A DNA stretch of 64,000 nucleotides from an uncultured delta proteobacterium (GTDB taxonomy: Bacteria; Myxococcota_A; Polyangia; Polyangiales; Polyangiaceae): the NCBI GenBank assembly GCA_963782055.1, contig CAWAIF010000003.1, positions 4,576,001-4,640,000 on the forward strand. The letters are read 5' to 3'. Made by a program: the position numbers and the translations under genes. The notes below the pieces were generated by a model. That model saw nothing but the letters and a program-made list of their open reading frames with translations. It did no database searches and was not told the DNA's origin. Positions 18,588-28,062 of this stretch are shown piece by piece; position 1 is the stretch's first letter; every line of letters begins with the position of its first letter.

Positions 18588-19910
18588 GTGGTGGCTTCTA
18601 CCCGTCCCAACCTCTTGCAGGCGCTGCTCGCCAGACAAAAGGAGGGGGCGACGGGCGTCTTCGAGGTCCGCTCGGGGGACGCGGCCACGTTCCTCTACGT
18701 CGCGCGCGGCAAGCCCGTCTTCGCCGAGGACGGCACCCTGGGCGAGACGCTCGGGCGCCTCCTGGTGCGCGAGCACGTCCTGACGGAGGAGCAGTACATC
18801 GCGGTCATCCGGCGCATGACCGAGGCGCTCATCGGCAACGAGCAGATGCGCTTCGGGGAGGTGGTGATCGAGCTGGGCTACATGACGCCGGCGCAGGTGC
18901 ACGACGCCCTCGCCATGCAGGTGCGGCAGAAGGTCATCCGGTGCCTGCAGTGGGAGGACCCGGAGTACGTCTTCGAAGGCTCGCCGGAGGAGCTGGAGGG
19001 CCTCGGCCGCTTCCCCCTCTCCATCGAGCCGCTCATGCTCGTCGCCGCTCGCCGCTTCTCCGAGCAGCGCACCGAGGCGGTGCTCCGCCCCGGCGAGACG
19101 CTCTATCCCCGGCTGGTGGGCGACGGCGCGGACCTCGCCGAGCTCTTCGACCTGCGCGGCTCGGAGCTGCGCTTCGTCGAGGGCATCGACGGGCGCCGCA
19201 CCACCGGGGACGTGCTCGCGTCGGGTGCGGACGTCGACGCGGCCGCGGTCGTCGCCGCGCTGGTGCTCTGCGGGCGCGCCGAGCTCTCCGCCGAGCCGCT
19301 CGAGGTCGCCGCCACGCCCTCCATCCGCCCGTCGATCCCGCCCGCGCGCCCGGAGGTCCCGCAGGTCGATCCGGCGGCGGCGCTGGCGCGTGAGCGCGCC
19401 GCGAAGGCCATCGCGCGGCTGAAGCTGGTGCGTGTCTCGCGGCCCGCCCCCACTCCCTCCGGTCGACCCGTCGCCGCCGCCACCTCTGCCCGGCCGGCGG
19501 CGCCGTCCGATCCTCGCGAGGCGCGCCTGCTCGCCGAGGACGCCTTCCAGCGGGGCGTCGCCTTCGTGCGGCAGGACCGCATCGACCGCGCTGCCCCCGA
19601 GCTCAAGCGCGCCCACGAGCTGATGCCCGCCGCGGGGGAGTACCACGTGTACGCGCTCTGGGCGGACCTGCAGGTGGACGCGGACCAGGGCACCGAGGCG
19701 CAGCGCCACGAGCTGCGGCGCCTCGCCACCGCCGCCGTCCGCCACGATCCCAACTTCGCCTTCGGCTTCTACGTGCTCGGGCAGCTGGCGATGCACGACG
19801 GCGACAACACCTTCGCGCTCAAGGCGTTCCGCCACGCCGCCAAGCTGGACCCGGGCGAGGTGGACGCCGCGCGCCACGCCCGGCTGCTGGCGATGCGGAC
19901 TGGCCGTTGA
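18588..19910 (+). CDS. DUF4388-type domain protein with C-terminal TPR
   Basis: ATGVFEV...LYVARGKPVFAE...TLGRLLV...RFGEVVIELG; TPR-like C-terminus (FYVLGQLA...FRHAAKLDP). Confidence 0.7.
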   Translation: MVASTRPNLLQALLARQKEGATGVFEVRSGDAATFLYVARGKPVFAEDGTLGETLGRLLVREHVLTEEQYIAVIRRMTEALIGNEQMRFGEVVIELGYMTPAQVHDALAMQVRQKVIRCLQWEDPEYVFEGSPEELEGLGRFPLSIEPLMLVAARRFSEQRTEAVLRPGETLYPRLVGDGADLAELFDLRGSELRFVEGIDGRRTTGDVLASGADVDAAAVVAALVLCGRAELSAEPLEVAATPSIRPSIPPARPEVPQVDPAAALARERAAKAIARLKLVRVSRPAPTPSGRPVAAATSARPAAPSDPREARLLAEDAFQRGVAFVRQDRIDRAAPELKRAHELMPAAGEYHVYALWADLQVDADQGTEAQRHELRRLATAAVRHDPNFAFGFYVLGQLAMHDGDNTFALKAFRHAAKLDPGEVDAARHARLLAMRTGR

Positions 19911-20539
19911 GCCCCCGGCGCGCCCTCCAGGTGCTGCACGCGGAGATGGCCGCGTGCCGGCTGTGCCCGAAGATGATCGGCCCGGTCGTACACGGCCCGC
20001 CCGTCGCCAGCCGCGTGCTGCTCATCGGCCAGGCGCCCGGCCCCCACGAGGGCAAGCTCGGCCGGCCCTTCGCGTGGACCGCGGGCAAGACGCTCTTCAG
20101 GTGGCTGGAGCGGGCCACTGGGCAGGACGAGAAGCGCGTGCGCGAGCGGGTCTACTTCGCCGCCGTCGCGCGCTGCTTCCCGGGCAAGATCCGCGACAAG
20201 GAGGGCAAGGCGGGCGGTGACCGCAAGCCGGACCCGACCGAGATCGCCCGCTGCCGCACCTACCTCGAGCGGGAGGTCGCCATCCTCCGGCCGGAGGTGG
20301 TGATCGCCGTCGGCGGCCTCGCCATCCAGGAGGTGCTCGGCCACACCGGCAAGCTCGACGAGGTCATCGGCGGGGTGCGCCGCGCGCGCTACCACGGGCG
20401 CGAGGTGGACGTCATCGCCCTGCCCCACCCGAGCGGCGCGTCCACCTGGCACAAGCGCGAGCCGGGCATCGGCCTGCTCGAGAAGGCGCTCGGCGCGGTG
20501 AAGCGCCACGCGGCCGTCCGCGCTACCTTCCAGCCATGA
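19907..20539 (+). CDS. Uracil-DNA glycosylase family protein
   Basis: CRLC, LIGQAPG, RPFAWTAG, RCFPG, LPHPSG motifs. Confidence 0.85.
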   Translation: MSPRRALQVLHAEMAACRLCPKMIGPVVHGPPVASRVLLIGQAPGPHEGKLGRPFAWTAGKTLFRWLERATGQDEKRVRERVYFAAVARCFPGKIRDKEGKAGGDRKPDPTEIARCRTYLEREVAILRPEVVIAVGGLAIQEVLGHTGKLDEVIGGVRRARYHGREVDVIALPHPSGASTWHKREPGIGLLEKALGAVKRHAAVRATFQP

Positions 20540-20733
20540 GCGAGGATACCGCGCGGCTGGTCGACCTGGAGCTCCGGTTCATGAAGCTGGAGCGGATGGT
20601 GGAGGAGCTCTCCGCCGTGGTCGCCGAGCAGCAGAAGACCCTCGACGCGCTGGTCAGCCACAGCAAGCGCGTGCACGACCGCCTGCGCGATCTGGGCGAG
20701 GAGATCGGCGACGAGAAGCCGCCGCACTATTGA
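20536..20733 (+). CDS. slyX: SlyX family protein
   Basis: RLVDLELR...VEELSAVVAEQQ...DEKPPHY C-terminal signature. Confidence 0.9.
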   Translation: MSEDTARLVDLELRFMKLERMVEELSAVVAEQQKTLDALVSHSKRVHDRLRDLGEEIGDEKPPHY

Positions 20734-20738
20734 TCACG

Positions 20739-20758
20739 GGGGCGGCACGCGCAGCCCG
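20739..20758. repeat. REP-like palindrome, degenerate copy (GGGGCGGCACGCGCAGCCCG)
   Basis: 18/20 identity to copies at 3168 and 26166; sits between convergent genes. Confidence 0.5.
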
Positions 20759-20859
20759 CAAGGCTTCGCGCGTGCCCAGGTCCATGCACTCTGCACCCAT
20801 CGACGCCGCGCGCGAAGTCGAGCACGGGCCCGAGCACGAGCTGGAGGGGCCCCCCCTCC

Positions 20860-23607
20860 TCACCTCCTCCACGTCGCCACGCCCGACTCGCGGAGCTGGA
20901 TCTCCCGCTTCATCTCCGGCGTCAGCTCCTTCAGCTCCTCGCCGCGCAGCACTCGCTGCACCTGCGCCCCCAGGCCCGGCTGCTCGTCGACGTCGGTGAA
21001 GTCCCAGGACTTGGTGAGCTGCTTCTCCGCGAGCGTCGCCTTCTCCCCACACGACAGCGGCCACACGCGCGGCTTGTACGTGTACGGCGTCACGTCCGGC
21101 ACACTGGTGAACAGGTCCAGCGGCAGCCCCGCCTTCGCCACCACCGCGTTGGGGTACGGCAGGCCGAAGATGTGGGCGAGCATCTTGTGGATGGAGGCGG
21201 TGTCGATGTGCGTGTGCGAGACGTACCCGCGCTTGATCCACGGCGAGGCGAACATCACCGGCGTGCGGTGGTGGTCGACGTGCTCGCCGCCACCCGACGG
21301 ATCGTCCTCGGTGACGATGACGAGCGAAGAGGACCAGAAGGGGCTGTGGCTGATGGCGTCCACCACCATCCCCGTCGCCTCGTCGTTGACCGCGATCATC
21401 GCCTCCGGCGAGGGCGTCGCGCTGCCCACGCCCTGCGTGTGGTCGTTGGGCAGCGTCATGTAGACGAGGGACCCAAGGTTGCAGAGTACACGCAATCGCC
21501 CGGCGAAGTAGCAGGCCTTCTCGTTGTCCGGGTAGCCGATGCTCTGGATGAAGCCGCCGGGGTACTTGTAGTCGGTCTGCTTCGGCAAGGAGGTCGCCTC
21601 GCCCAGCACGTCCTCCGAGACGCCGTGCGCCGCCATCCAGTCGAAGACGCTCCCCTCCTGGGGCTGCCCGACATCCGCGATGCCCTGCGGCTGCACAGCC
21701 GACCTCCACGCCGAGCGCGAGTAGCCGGTCTCCTGCCAGGTGCGCTCCATGAAGTCGGAGGAGCGGCCGTAGACGGTCCAGAAGTGGCCCTGGATGGAGA
21801 GCTCGGCGTCGGTGTAGTAGTTGTCGCTCGTCGCGAAGGTACGCACCAGATCGCGCAGGCTCTGCCAGAGCTTGTCCATGTCGGCGGGCGAGGTCTTCAT
21901 GGTGAGCGACGGGTCGCCGTCCAGGCCGGGCAGATCGCCGAGCAGGGCGTCGAAGGTCTTGTTCTCGCGCACGACGAAGATCACGTGGTGGATCTGCTTG
22001 GAGGGCCCCTGCGTGTTGGTGGGGGGCAGGGGGAAGTCGTCCTCCCCGTCGGGGCACGTGACGACAGGCGCGCCTGCCAGGGCCCCGACGTCGTCGTCGG
22101 TGCGCGTCTCGGCGTCGCCCTGCGTGAGGTCCTGGCTCGTCGGCGCGGGCGTGACCTGCACCCCGCCGCGCACGCCGTTCATCCCGTTGCCCTGCGCGGG
22201 AGGGAACTGCTTGTCGATGGGACCGTTGGAGTGCCCGCGCCCGCTGGTGATCAGGAGCCCGCCGGAGGGGAGCACCACGACCGACGTCGGCCACCACGAG
22301 GTGGCGAGGCGGCCGGCGGGGGTGAGGGTGGGTGGCGTCGTCCCGAGGTCCACGTCCCACGCGGCGACGGCGTTCTGCCCGGCGAGCGTGGCGTAGAGGC
22401 GCTTCGCCGCCGCGTCGTACGCGAGCGTCGTCGGCTCCTGGCCGTGGAGGGTCACCTGCGCGTCGGCCGCGACCGGCGTCGTCTGCCCGGTGACGCGGTC
22501 GACGAGCGTCACCGTGTCGCCGAAGGCGTTGCCGACCGCCATCCAGCGCGCGTCGAGGAAGGCCATGCCCATCGGGTCCTTGTCGGTCGTGAAGGTGCGC
22601 GACTGCTTCGGCGCCGTCGGGTCGGAGAGATCCACCTCGACCACCGACCGCTTCGACATGCGCGAGACGTAGGCGTAGTGGCCCGACGCGTCGGCCGGGT
22701 CGAACGCCACGTCGAAGGTGGCGTACTCGTCGGCGGGCGCGTCCAGCGTGAGGCTCCCCAGCAGCTTGCCGTAGGTGCCCTTGAGGTCGTAGACGAGCAC
22801 GCGGTTGTCCAGCACCGAGGAGACGACCAGCTTCGTGCCGTCGGGGGAGACGGCGAGCCCGGAGACGAAGTAGTTGGCCGCGCTGCCGGTGTCGTCCACC
22901 GACTGCGGCAAGGCGATGCTGCGCGCGTCGCTGCGCGTGATCTTCTTCTGCTGCTGGTCCAGCGTGAGGGCCTGCACCACGCCGTCGTCGGTCGCGACGA
23001 ACACCAGGTCCGGCGCGGCGACGACGATGCCCTGGTTGAGCGTCTCGGGGGCGTCGAAGCGCACGCTGGAGAGCACGGGGTCGCCCGTCCCGACGAGGGC
23101 GGTGTCGATGAGGCGCACCGCGTGCGGGCCGTAGCCCGCGTCCACCACGAGCGCCATCGTGGTGCCCGCGATGGGGAGCGCGCGCACGGGGAGCCCGGCC
23201 ACCAGCCCGGCGTCGTCGAAGAGCCACTCGGCGCCGAAGGCCTTCACACGGCGGCCGTCGGGCAGGATGGTCGCGGCGGGGTCTTTCGGGTCGGCGCCGG
23301 CCTTGCGCACGGCGTCGCCCGTCGCGTCGCCGACCGTGCACTTCGCCGGCGCGGGCGCGGGGGAGGTGCCGTCCCACGCGGGGCAGGTGTCGTCGTGCGG
23401 GATGCTCTTCCAGTCGCCGAGGCTCGGGCACTGGTACGGCGACATCGACTCCGGGCACGCGGCGACCGGACACTGGTACGCGCACGACCTGGGCGCGGGC
23501 GCGAAGTCCACGGGGTCGGGCCCGGCGTCGGGCGTGGGGGGCTGGTCCGGCCCGCTGCTGCACGCGAGGAGCAGCGCGGGCGCGAGAGCAAGGAGAGTGG
23601 CTCGCAC
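20860..23607 (-). CDS. Lipoprotein: YVTN/YncE beta-propeller + phosphoesterase (alkaline phosphatase superfamily)
   Basis: Lipobox LLAC; propeller repeats; IHHVIFVVRENKTFD, DNYY, LPNDHT, VTEDD...EHVDHHRT, SPWIKRG. Confidence 0.8.
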   Translation of the reverse strand: MRATLLALAPALLLACSSGPDQPPTPDAGPDPVDFAPAPRSCAYQCPVAACPESMSPYQCPSLGDWKSIPHDDTCPAWDGTSPAPAPAKCTVGDATGDAVRKAGADPKDPAATILPDGRRVKAFGAEWLFDDAGLVAGLPVRALPIAGTTMALVVDAGYGPHAVRLIDTALVGTGDPVLSSVRFDAPETLNQGIVVAAPDLVFVATDDGVVQALTLDQQQKKITRSDARSIALPQSVDDTGSAANYFVSGLAVSPDGTKLVVSSVLDNRVLVYDLKGTYGKLLGSLTLDAPADEYATFDVAFDPADASGHYAYVSRMSKRSVVEVDLSDPTAPKQSRTFTTDKDPMGMAFLDARWMAVGNAFGDTVTLVDRVTGQTTPVAADAQVTLHGQEPTTLAYDAAAKRLYATLAGQNAVAAWDVDLGTTPPTLTPAGRLATSWWPTSVVVLPSGGLLITSGRGHSNGPIDKQFPPAQGNGMNGVRGGVQVTPAPTSQDLTQGDAETRTDDDVGALAGAPVVTCPDGEDDFPLPPTNTQGPSKQIHHVIFVVRENKTFDALLGDLPGLDGDPSLTMKTSPADMDKLWQSLRDLVRTFATSDNYYTDAELSIQGHFWTVYGRSSDFMERTWQETGYSRSAWRSAVQPQGIADVGQPQEGSVFDWMAAHGVSEDVLGEATSLPKQTDYKYPGGFIQSIGYPDNEKACYFAGRLRVLCNLGSLVYMTLPNDHTQGVGSATPSPEAMIAVNDEATGMVVDAISHSPFWSSSLVIVTEDDPSGGGEHVDHHRTPVMFASPWIKRGYVSHTHIDTASIHKMLAHIFGLPYPNAVVAKAGLPLDLFTSVPDVTPYTYKPRVWPLSCGEKATLAEKQLTKSWDFTDVDEQPGLGAQVQRVLRGEELKELTPEMKREIQLRESGVATWRR

Positions 23608-23678
23608 TCACCGAATCTACCTCAAGCGAGCGACCACCGCGTCCCCCGCGTGCCGTCCCTCCGAGGCACGTCCCCCTC

Positions 23679-24500
23679 TCAGTACGCGCAGAGCGGCGTG
23701 TACGTGTACGACTTGCCGTCGGGCGCGGTGTACGTCGCGGTGTCGGTGCCGTAGGTGAGGTCGTAGATCTGCTTGGCCACCACGTCGGTCACCTTGATCT
23801 CGCTGCCCGACTGCGGGCACGACCCGGCGCACTGGCTGTAGGCGACGACGTCGGTCTTCAGCTCGCGCCCGGTGACGGTGCCGTCGGAGCTGCCGGCGAC
23901 GGACAGGCAGAGCTGCCCGACCGTCCACTTGAACTCCTTGTGGTTGGTGCGGTGGATCGCGCGCGCGTGCGCCGTCGTCCCGCTGAACTGGCCGTCCCAG
24001 ATCATGTCGCGGTCGTTGCCGCTCGCGGTGATGCCGGCGGTGGCCGACCAGTCGACGACCGAGCCGTTCACCTGCAGGCCGGTGGCGGAGTAGTCCAGGG
24101 TCAGCTGGTCCGGGCCGCTCGACGAGTAGCCGAGGGTCACGGTGCCGGTGACCTTCACCAGGCCGTAGGGCCCGGTGCACCCGTTGAAGACGTAGGTCGC
24201 CTGCTGCGCGACGGTGTCGTTGGTGACGGTGAGGCAGCCGGTGGGCTGGTAGAAGGCCTTCGCGCCGTCGCCGAAGCTGTCCACGGTGAGGTTGGACCCG
24301 TTGAGCTGACCCGGGGAGGTGAGCAGGCCGGCGCCCGTGCCGGTGCCGCTGACGAAGCTGGAGGCGAGAGACTCGATGTTCGCCTCGGTCGCAGCGCTGT
24401 CCTCGCCGGCGCTGAGGGTGTCGCTGCTGCCCCGGTTGCGCGCCGCGCACCCCGCCAGCACCACCGCCGCCACCGCCAACGTCCAGCCGACCTTCCTCAT
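23679..24500 (-). CDS. Hypothetical lipoprotein (beta-rich, Cys-containing)
   Basis: RBS ggagga, lipobox LAGC, host-like codon usage. Confidence 0.7.
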   Translation of the reverse strand: MRKVGWTLAVAAVVLAGCAARNRGSSDTLSAGEDSAATEANIESLASSFVSGTGTGAGLLTSPGQLNGSNLTVDSFGDGAKAFYQPTGCLTVTNDTVAQQATYVFNGCTGPYGLVKVTGTVTLGYSSSGPDQLTLDYSATGLQVNGSVVDWSATAGITASGNDRDMIWDGQFSGTTAHARAIHRTNHKEFKWTVGQLCLSVAGSSDGTVTGRELKTDVVAYSQCAGSCPQSGSEIKVTDVVAKQIYDLTYGTDTATYTAPDGKSYTYTPLCAY

Positions 24501-24533
24501 CGCGTCTCCTCCGGGGTTACGCGCCGGGGTCGT

Positions 24534-24549
24534 TGCAGGGTGCGTGCCC
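24534..24549 (-). promoter_or_regulatory. Putative sigma54 -24/-12 promoter (GGGCACGCACCCTGCA)
   Basis: GG-N10-GC spacing with GGCACG, about 33 nt upstream of ATG 24500. Confidence 0.45.
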
Positions 24550-24700
24550 GCACGAAGGAGCGGAAAAGTCGCCCACCGGGGCAAGGGTGTGAACGTCCGT
24601 TGGGAGAGGCGGCGTGGACCTGGATCCGCCGCGCCCTTTTGACTACGTTGGGCTCCCCCGTCCGCCGACCGGCCCTCGTGCCGAGAGAAGGAGGAGCAAG

Positions 24701-25453
24701 GTGAACAAAGTCTACGCCACGGCGCGCGAGGCGTGCGCCGACATCCCGACCGGCGCCACCATCCTCGCGGGTGGGTTCGGCCTGTGCGGCATCCCGGAGA
24801 ACTGCATCGCCGCGCTGCGCGAGATCGGCTCCAAGGACCTGGTCTTCGTCTCCAACAACTGCGGCGTCGACGACTTCGGCCTGGGGATCCTGCTGGGCAA
24901 CAAGCAGATCCGGAAGATGATCTCGTCGTACGTCGGCGAGAACAAGGAGTTCGAGCGGCAGTACCTCTCCGGGGAGCTGGAGGTGGAGCTCTGCCCGCAG
25001 GGCACGCTCGCCGAGCGGCTGCGCGCCGGCGGCGCGGGCATCCCCGCGTTCTACACGCCGACGGGCGTGGGCACCGCGATCAGCGAGGGCGGACTGCCGC
25101 TGCGCTACGCGAAGGACGGCAAGGTCGCCAAGACGAGCGACAAGAAGGAGGTCCGCGAGTTCGACGGCCGCTCCTACGTGCTCGAGCGCGCCATCACCGG
25201 GGACTTCGCCATCGTCAAGGCGTGGAAGGGCGACCGCTTCGGCAACCTGGTCTTCCACCACACGGCGATGAACTTCAACCCGCTCTGCGCGGCGGCGGCG
25301 AAGGTGACGATCGCGGAGGTGGAGGAGCTGGTGGAGGTGGGCGAGCTCGAGCCCTCGCAGATCCACACGCCCGGGATCTACGTGCACCGCATCTTCAAGG
25401 GCCCGAAGTTCGAGAAGCGCATCGAGCGCCGCACCGTGAGGAAGGCGTCATGA
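24701..25453 (+). CDS. scoA: 3-oxoacid (succinyl-CoA) CoA-transferase subunit A
   Basis: RBS aggagg; [37 protein letters not shown]. Confidence 0.92.
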   Translation: MNKVYATAREACADIPTGATILAGGFGLCGIPENCIAALREIGSKDLVFVSNNCGVDDFGLGILLGNKQIRKMISSYVGENKEFERQYLSGELEVELCPQGTLAERLRAGGAGIPAFYTPTGVGTAISEGGLPLRYAKDGKVAKTSDKKEVREFDGRSYVLERAITGDFAIVKAWKGDRFGNLVFHHTAMNFNPLCAAAAKVTIAEVEELVEVGELEPSQIHTPGIYVHRIFKGPKFEKRIERRTVRKAS

Positions 25454-26112
25454 GCAAGGGACTCACCCGCGACCAGATCGCCCAGCGCGCCGCGCAGGAG
25501 CTCCGCGACGGCTACTACGTCAACCTGGGCATCGGCATGCCGACGCTCGTCTCCAACTACATCCCCGAAGGGGTGGAGGTGGTGCTGCAGAGCGAGAACG
25601 GGCTGCTGGGCATCGGCCCCTACCCGGAGGCCGGCGAGGAGGACGCCGACCTCATCAACGCGGGCAAGGAGACGGTGACGATGCTGCCGGGCTCGGCGGT
25701 GTTCAACAGCGCGGAGAGCTTCGAGATGATCCGCGGCGGGCACATCGACCTCGCCATCCTGGGCGCGATGCAGGTCTCGGAGAAGGGCGACCTCGCCAAC
25801 TGGATGATCCCCGGCAAGATGGTCAAGGGCATGGGCGGCGCGATGGACCTCGTCGCCAGCGCCAAGCGCGTCGTCGTGATCATGGATCACGCGGCCAAGG
25901 ACGGGAGGCCGAAGATCCTGAAGGACTGCAACCTGCCGCTCACCGGCAAGGCGGTCGTCCACCGCATCATCACCGACCTGTGCGTGCTGGACGTGACGCC
26001 GGAGGGGCTGATCCTGCGCGAGCTCACGCCCGGCGTCTCCGCGCGCGAGGTACAGGAGAAGACGGAGCCGACGATCAAGGTGCCGCCGGACGTCGCGGAG
26101 ATGAAGCTCTAA
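25450..26112 (+). CDS. scoB: 3-oxoacid CoA-transferase subunit B
   Basis: ATGA overlap; [10 protein letters not shown], catalytic [14 protein letters not shown]. Confidence 0.92.
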   Translation: MSKGLTRDQIAQRAAQELRDGYYVNLGIGMPTLVSNYIPEGVEVVLQSENGLLGIGPYPEAGEEDADLINAGKETVTMLPGSAVFNSAESFEMIRGGHIDLAILGAMQVSEKGDLANWMIPGKMVKGMGGAMDLVASAKRVVVIMDHAAKDGRPKILKDCNLPLTGKAVVHRIITDLCVLDVTPEGLILRELTPGVSAREVQEKTEPTIKVPPDVAEMKL

Positions 26113-26116
26113 ATGA

Positions 26117-26144
26117 ACGAGGCGCGATTCGAAATCGCGCTCGT
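26117..26144. terminator. Hairpin after scoB, possible terminator
   Basis: gcgcgatt-cga-aatcgcgc stem extended by acgag/ctcgt; no clear U-tract. Confidence 0.4.
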
Positions 26145-26165
26145 CCGATTCTAGGTCTTGTCTCC

Positions 26166-26185
26166 GGGGCGGCACGCGCCGCCCC
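26166..26185. repeat. REP-like GC palindrome GGGGCGGCACGCGCCGCCCC (copy 2)
   Basis: Identical to 3168-3187; lies between convergent genes. Confidence 0.65.
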
Positions 26186-26251
26186 GCCCCGAGGAACGCG
26201 GTTTTCGGGGCCCCACCCCACGCGGCGCTCGCTTTGCTCGGTCCGTCGGGT

Positions 26252-26995
26252 TCACATCAGGCGGGAGAGAATGTCCATCAGGTCGATGAGCGCCTCGCTG
26301 CTCGCCGGGCCGGACCCGAGCGTGTGGCGGAAGTGCCCCGCGGGCGCCGCGGCGTCCTTGATGCGGCTCGCCCGCCTGTCGACCGCCAGCTGACGCGCCT
26401 CGCGCTCGCGCTCCGCCTTCTCGGCGGCGAGCGCGACGTCCAGCCCGCCCTTCTCCACGAAGGCGAGCGCGCCGGTGAGCTCGCCGGCGTCGAACCATGT
26501 TCCGTGTACCTTGCACGTATCGACCAGGATGCCGGAGCGGCGCCCGAAGACGGCGCGGTTCATACGCTCGCCGCAGTCGGGGCAGGGCAGGTAGCTGACC
26601 ACGTCGGGGGGCATCGGTCCCGGGCGGATCGACGCCGGCACAATCTGGCGGTGCGCCTCCACCAGGCGCGCCATCACGTCGTGCGGGACGAACAAGCCGC
26701 CGCAGTTGGCGCAGTCGAGGGCGGCGCCCTGCGCGGTGTCGAGCGACGAGAGCGCGCCCCCGCAGCGTGGACAGAGGGCGCCCATCGCGAACAGCTCCGC
26801 CTCCAGCTCCAGCGACATCCCGCAGCGCTCGCACTCCCCGGCGCCCACGCGGCAAAGCCAGAGACACGACCCGCACCGCACCCGCGGCAGCTCGGCGTGG
26901 CAGCGCCCGCATGCGCGCGCCTGCGAGGACACCTCCGCCCCGCACCCCGGGCAGCGCGCGTCAGCGAAGGACCCGCTCCGGTAGGGCGAGCTCAT
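26252..26995 (-). CDS. Multi zinc-ribbon protein (double zinc ribbon + zf-TFIIB-like domains)
   Basis: Seven CxxC pairs plus CKVH; LDCANCGGLF and VDTCKVHGTWFDAGEL. Confidence 0.8.
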   Translation of the reverse strand: MSSPYRSGSFADARCPGCGAEVSSQARACGRCHAELPRVRCGSCLWLCRVGAGECERCGMSLELEAELFAMGALCPRCGGALSSLDTAQGAALDCANCGGLFVPHDVMARLVEAHRQIVPASIRPGPMPPDVVSYLPCPDCGERMNRAVFGRRSGILVDTCKVHGTWFDAGELTGALAFVEKGGLDVALAAEKAEREREARQLAVDRRASRIKDAAAPAGHFRHTLGSGPASSEALIDLMDILSRLM

Positions 26996-27057
26996 GGCCT
27001 CGAAGGTAGCACCTGCGCGAAGGCGAAGGGCGAGACAGGCGACGCCAACACCCTCCA

Positions 27058-27260
27058 CCTGTCTCCTGTCTCCCTGGCCCCTGTCGCCTGTCGCCTGTCG
27101 CCTGGCACCCGGCCCCTGGCCCCTTGCCTCTGGCTCCTGGCTCCTGGCTCCTGGCTCCTGCCTTGCCTGTCGCCTGTCGCCTGTCCCCTGTCCCCTGTCG
27201 CCTGTCGCCTGTCGCCTGTCGCCTGTCGCCTGTCCCCCCTGTCCCCCCTCCCTGTCCCCG
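27058..27260. repeat. Intergenic mixed heptamer tandem array (CCTGTCG / CCTGTCC / CCTGGCT / CCTGGCC)
   Basis: Directly visible run of roughly 25 CCTG-core units, almost no A on the + strand. Confidence 0.9.
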
Positions 27261-27331
27261 GACACCAAACGTCGGACGGCGAGCGTGCTTGCAGTTCGAC
27301 GTTTCAGCGGGAATCTGCGGAGGAGGGGGGG

Positions 27332-27347
27332 TGGCATGGGGGGTGCT
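27332..27347 (+). promoter_or_regulatory. Putative sigma54 promoter (TGGCATGGGGGGTGCT) for MarR gene
   Basis: TGGCA, GG-N10-GC; would place +1 near ATG 27360 (leaderless). Confidence 0.45.
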
Positions 27348-27359
27348 CTTGGGGGTGGG

Positions 27360-27953
27360 ATGGACCCTGTGTTCTTCACCATCAAGCGGGCTTACTACGC
27401 GACGCTCAAGCTGACGCGGCGGGCGCTGGCCGCGATGGGGCTCACGGCGGCGCGGTACGACCTGCTCGACGCCCTCTACAAGCTCGGGACGCGCACCGTC
27501 TCGCTTCAGAGCCAGCTCCGGCGGGCGCTCGGCGTCGCCCGCTCCACGATCAGTCGCATGATGCGGTCGCTCGAGCAGCTGGGGCTCGTCACCCGGCGGC
27601 GCGATGGGCGCGACTGCATCGTCGCGCTCACGCCCGAGGGCCGTCGCCGCGTGCGCCGCGCCCACTTCGGCCTCGTGCTCGTCGGACACGTGGGGCTCGC
27701 GCTGGACGGCGCGCTCGCTCCCGGGGAGCGCCGCTGGCCCGCCGCGCGCACCTGCGCCAGCGCGCGCAGACATCTCGAAGTGCTGTGCATGCGCATCCGC
27801 CTCGGCTTCGGTGACGAGGCCGTCCTCGACAGACGCACCGAATACGGCTTCTGGGTCCTGCGAGCCGATGAACGCGCGCGGCACGCGCGCGCGCGTCGGG
27901 AGCACCGCAGGCGCGAGCTCGAGCGTGTGCACGCCCTCGTCGCCCCCTCGTGA
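27360..27953 (+). CDS. MarR family transcriptional regulator
   Basis: GLTAARYDLL...QLRRALGVARSTISRMMRSLEQLGLVTRRRD...VALTPEG winged HTH. Confidence 0.8.
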   Translation: MDPVFFTIKRAYYATLKLTRRALAAMGLTAARYDLLDALYKLGTRTVSLQSQLRRALGVARSTISRMMRSLEQLGLVTRRRDGRDCIVALTPEGRRRVRRAHFGLVLVGHVGLALDGALAPGERRWPAARTCASARRHLEVLCMRIRLGFGDEAVLDRRTEYGFWVLRADERARHARARREHRRRELERVHALVAPS

Positions 27954-28062
27954 GCCTCGCGCCCGCGCACGCCCCCCCACATCTGCGCCGTGCCAGGCCG
28001 CCCCGCCCCGCCCCCGCCTTGTCACGTGCGGCCCGCACCCGCTGCCGTATACTCGCGCCCGC

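Noticed and set aside
27058..27260. Possible CRISPR array or coding extension of the zinc-ribbon or MarR ORFs
   Set aside because: Units are 7 bp with no unique spacers and no cas genes; translated extensions are low-complexity and the domains begin at 26995 and 27360
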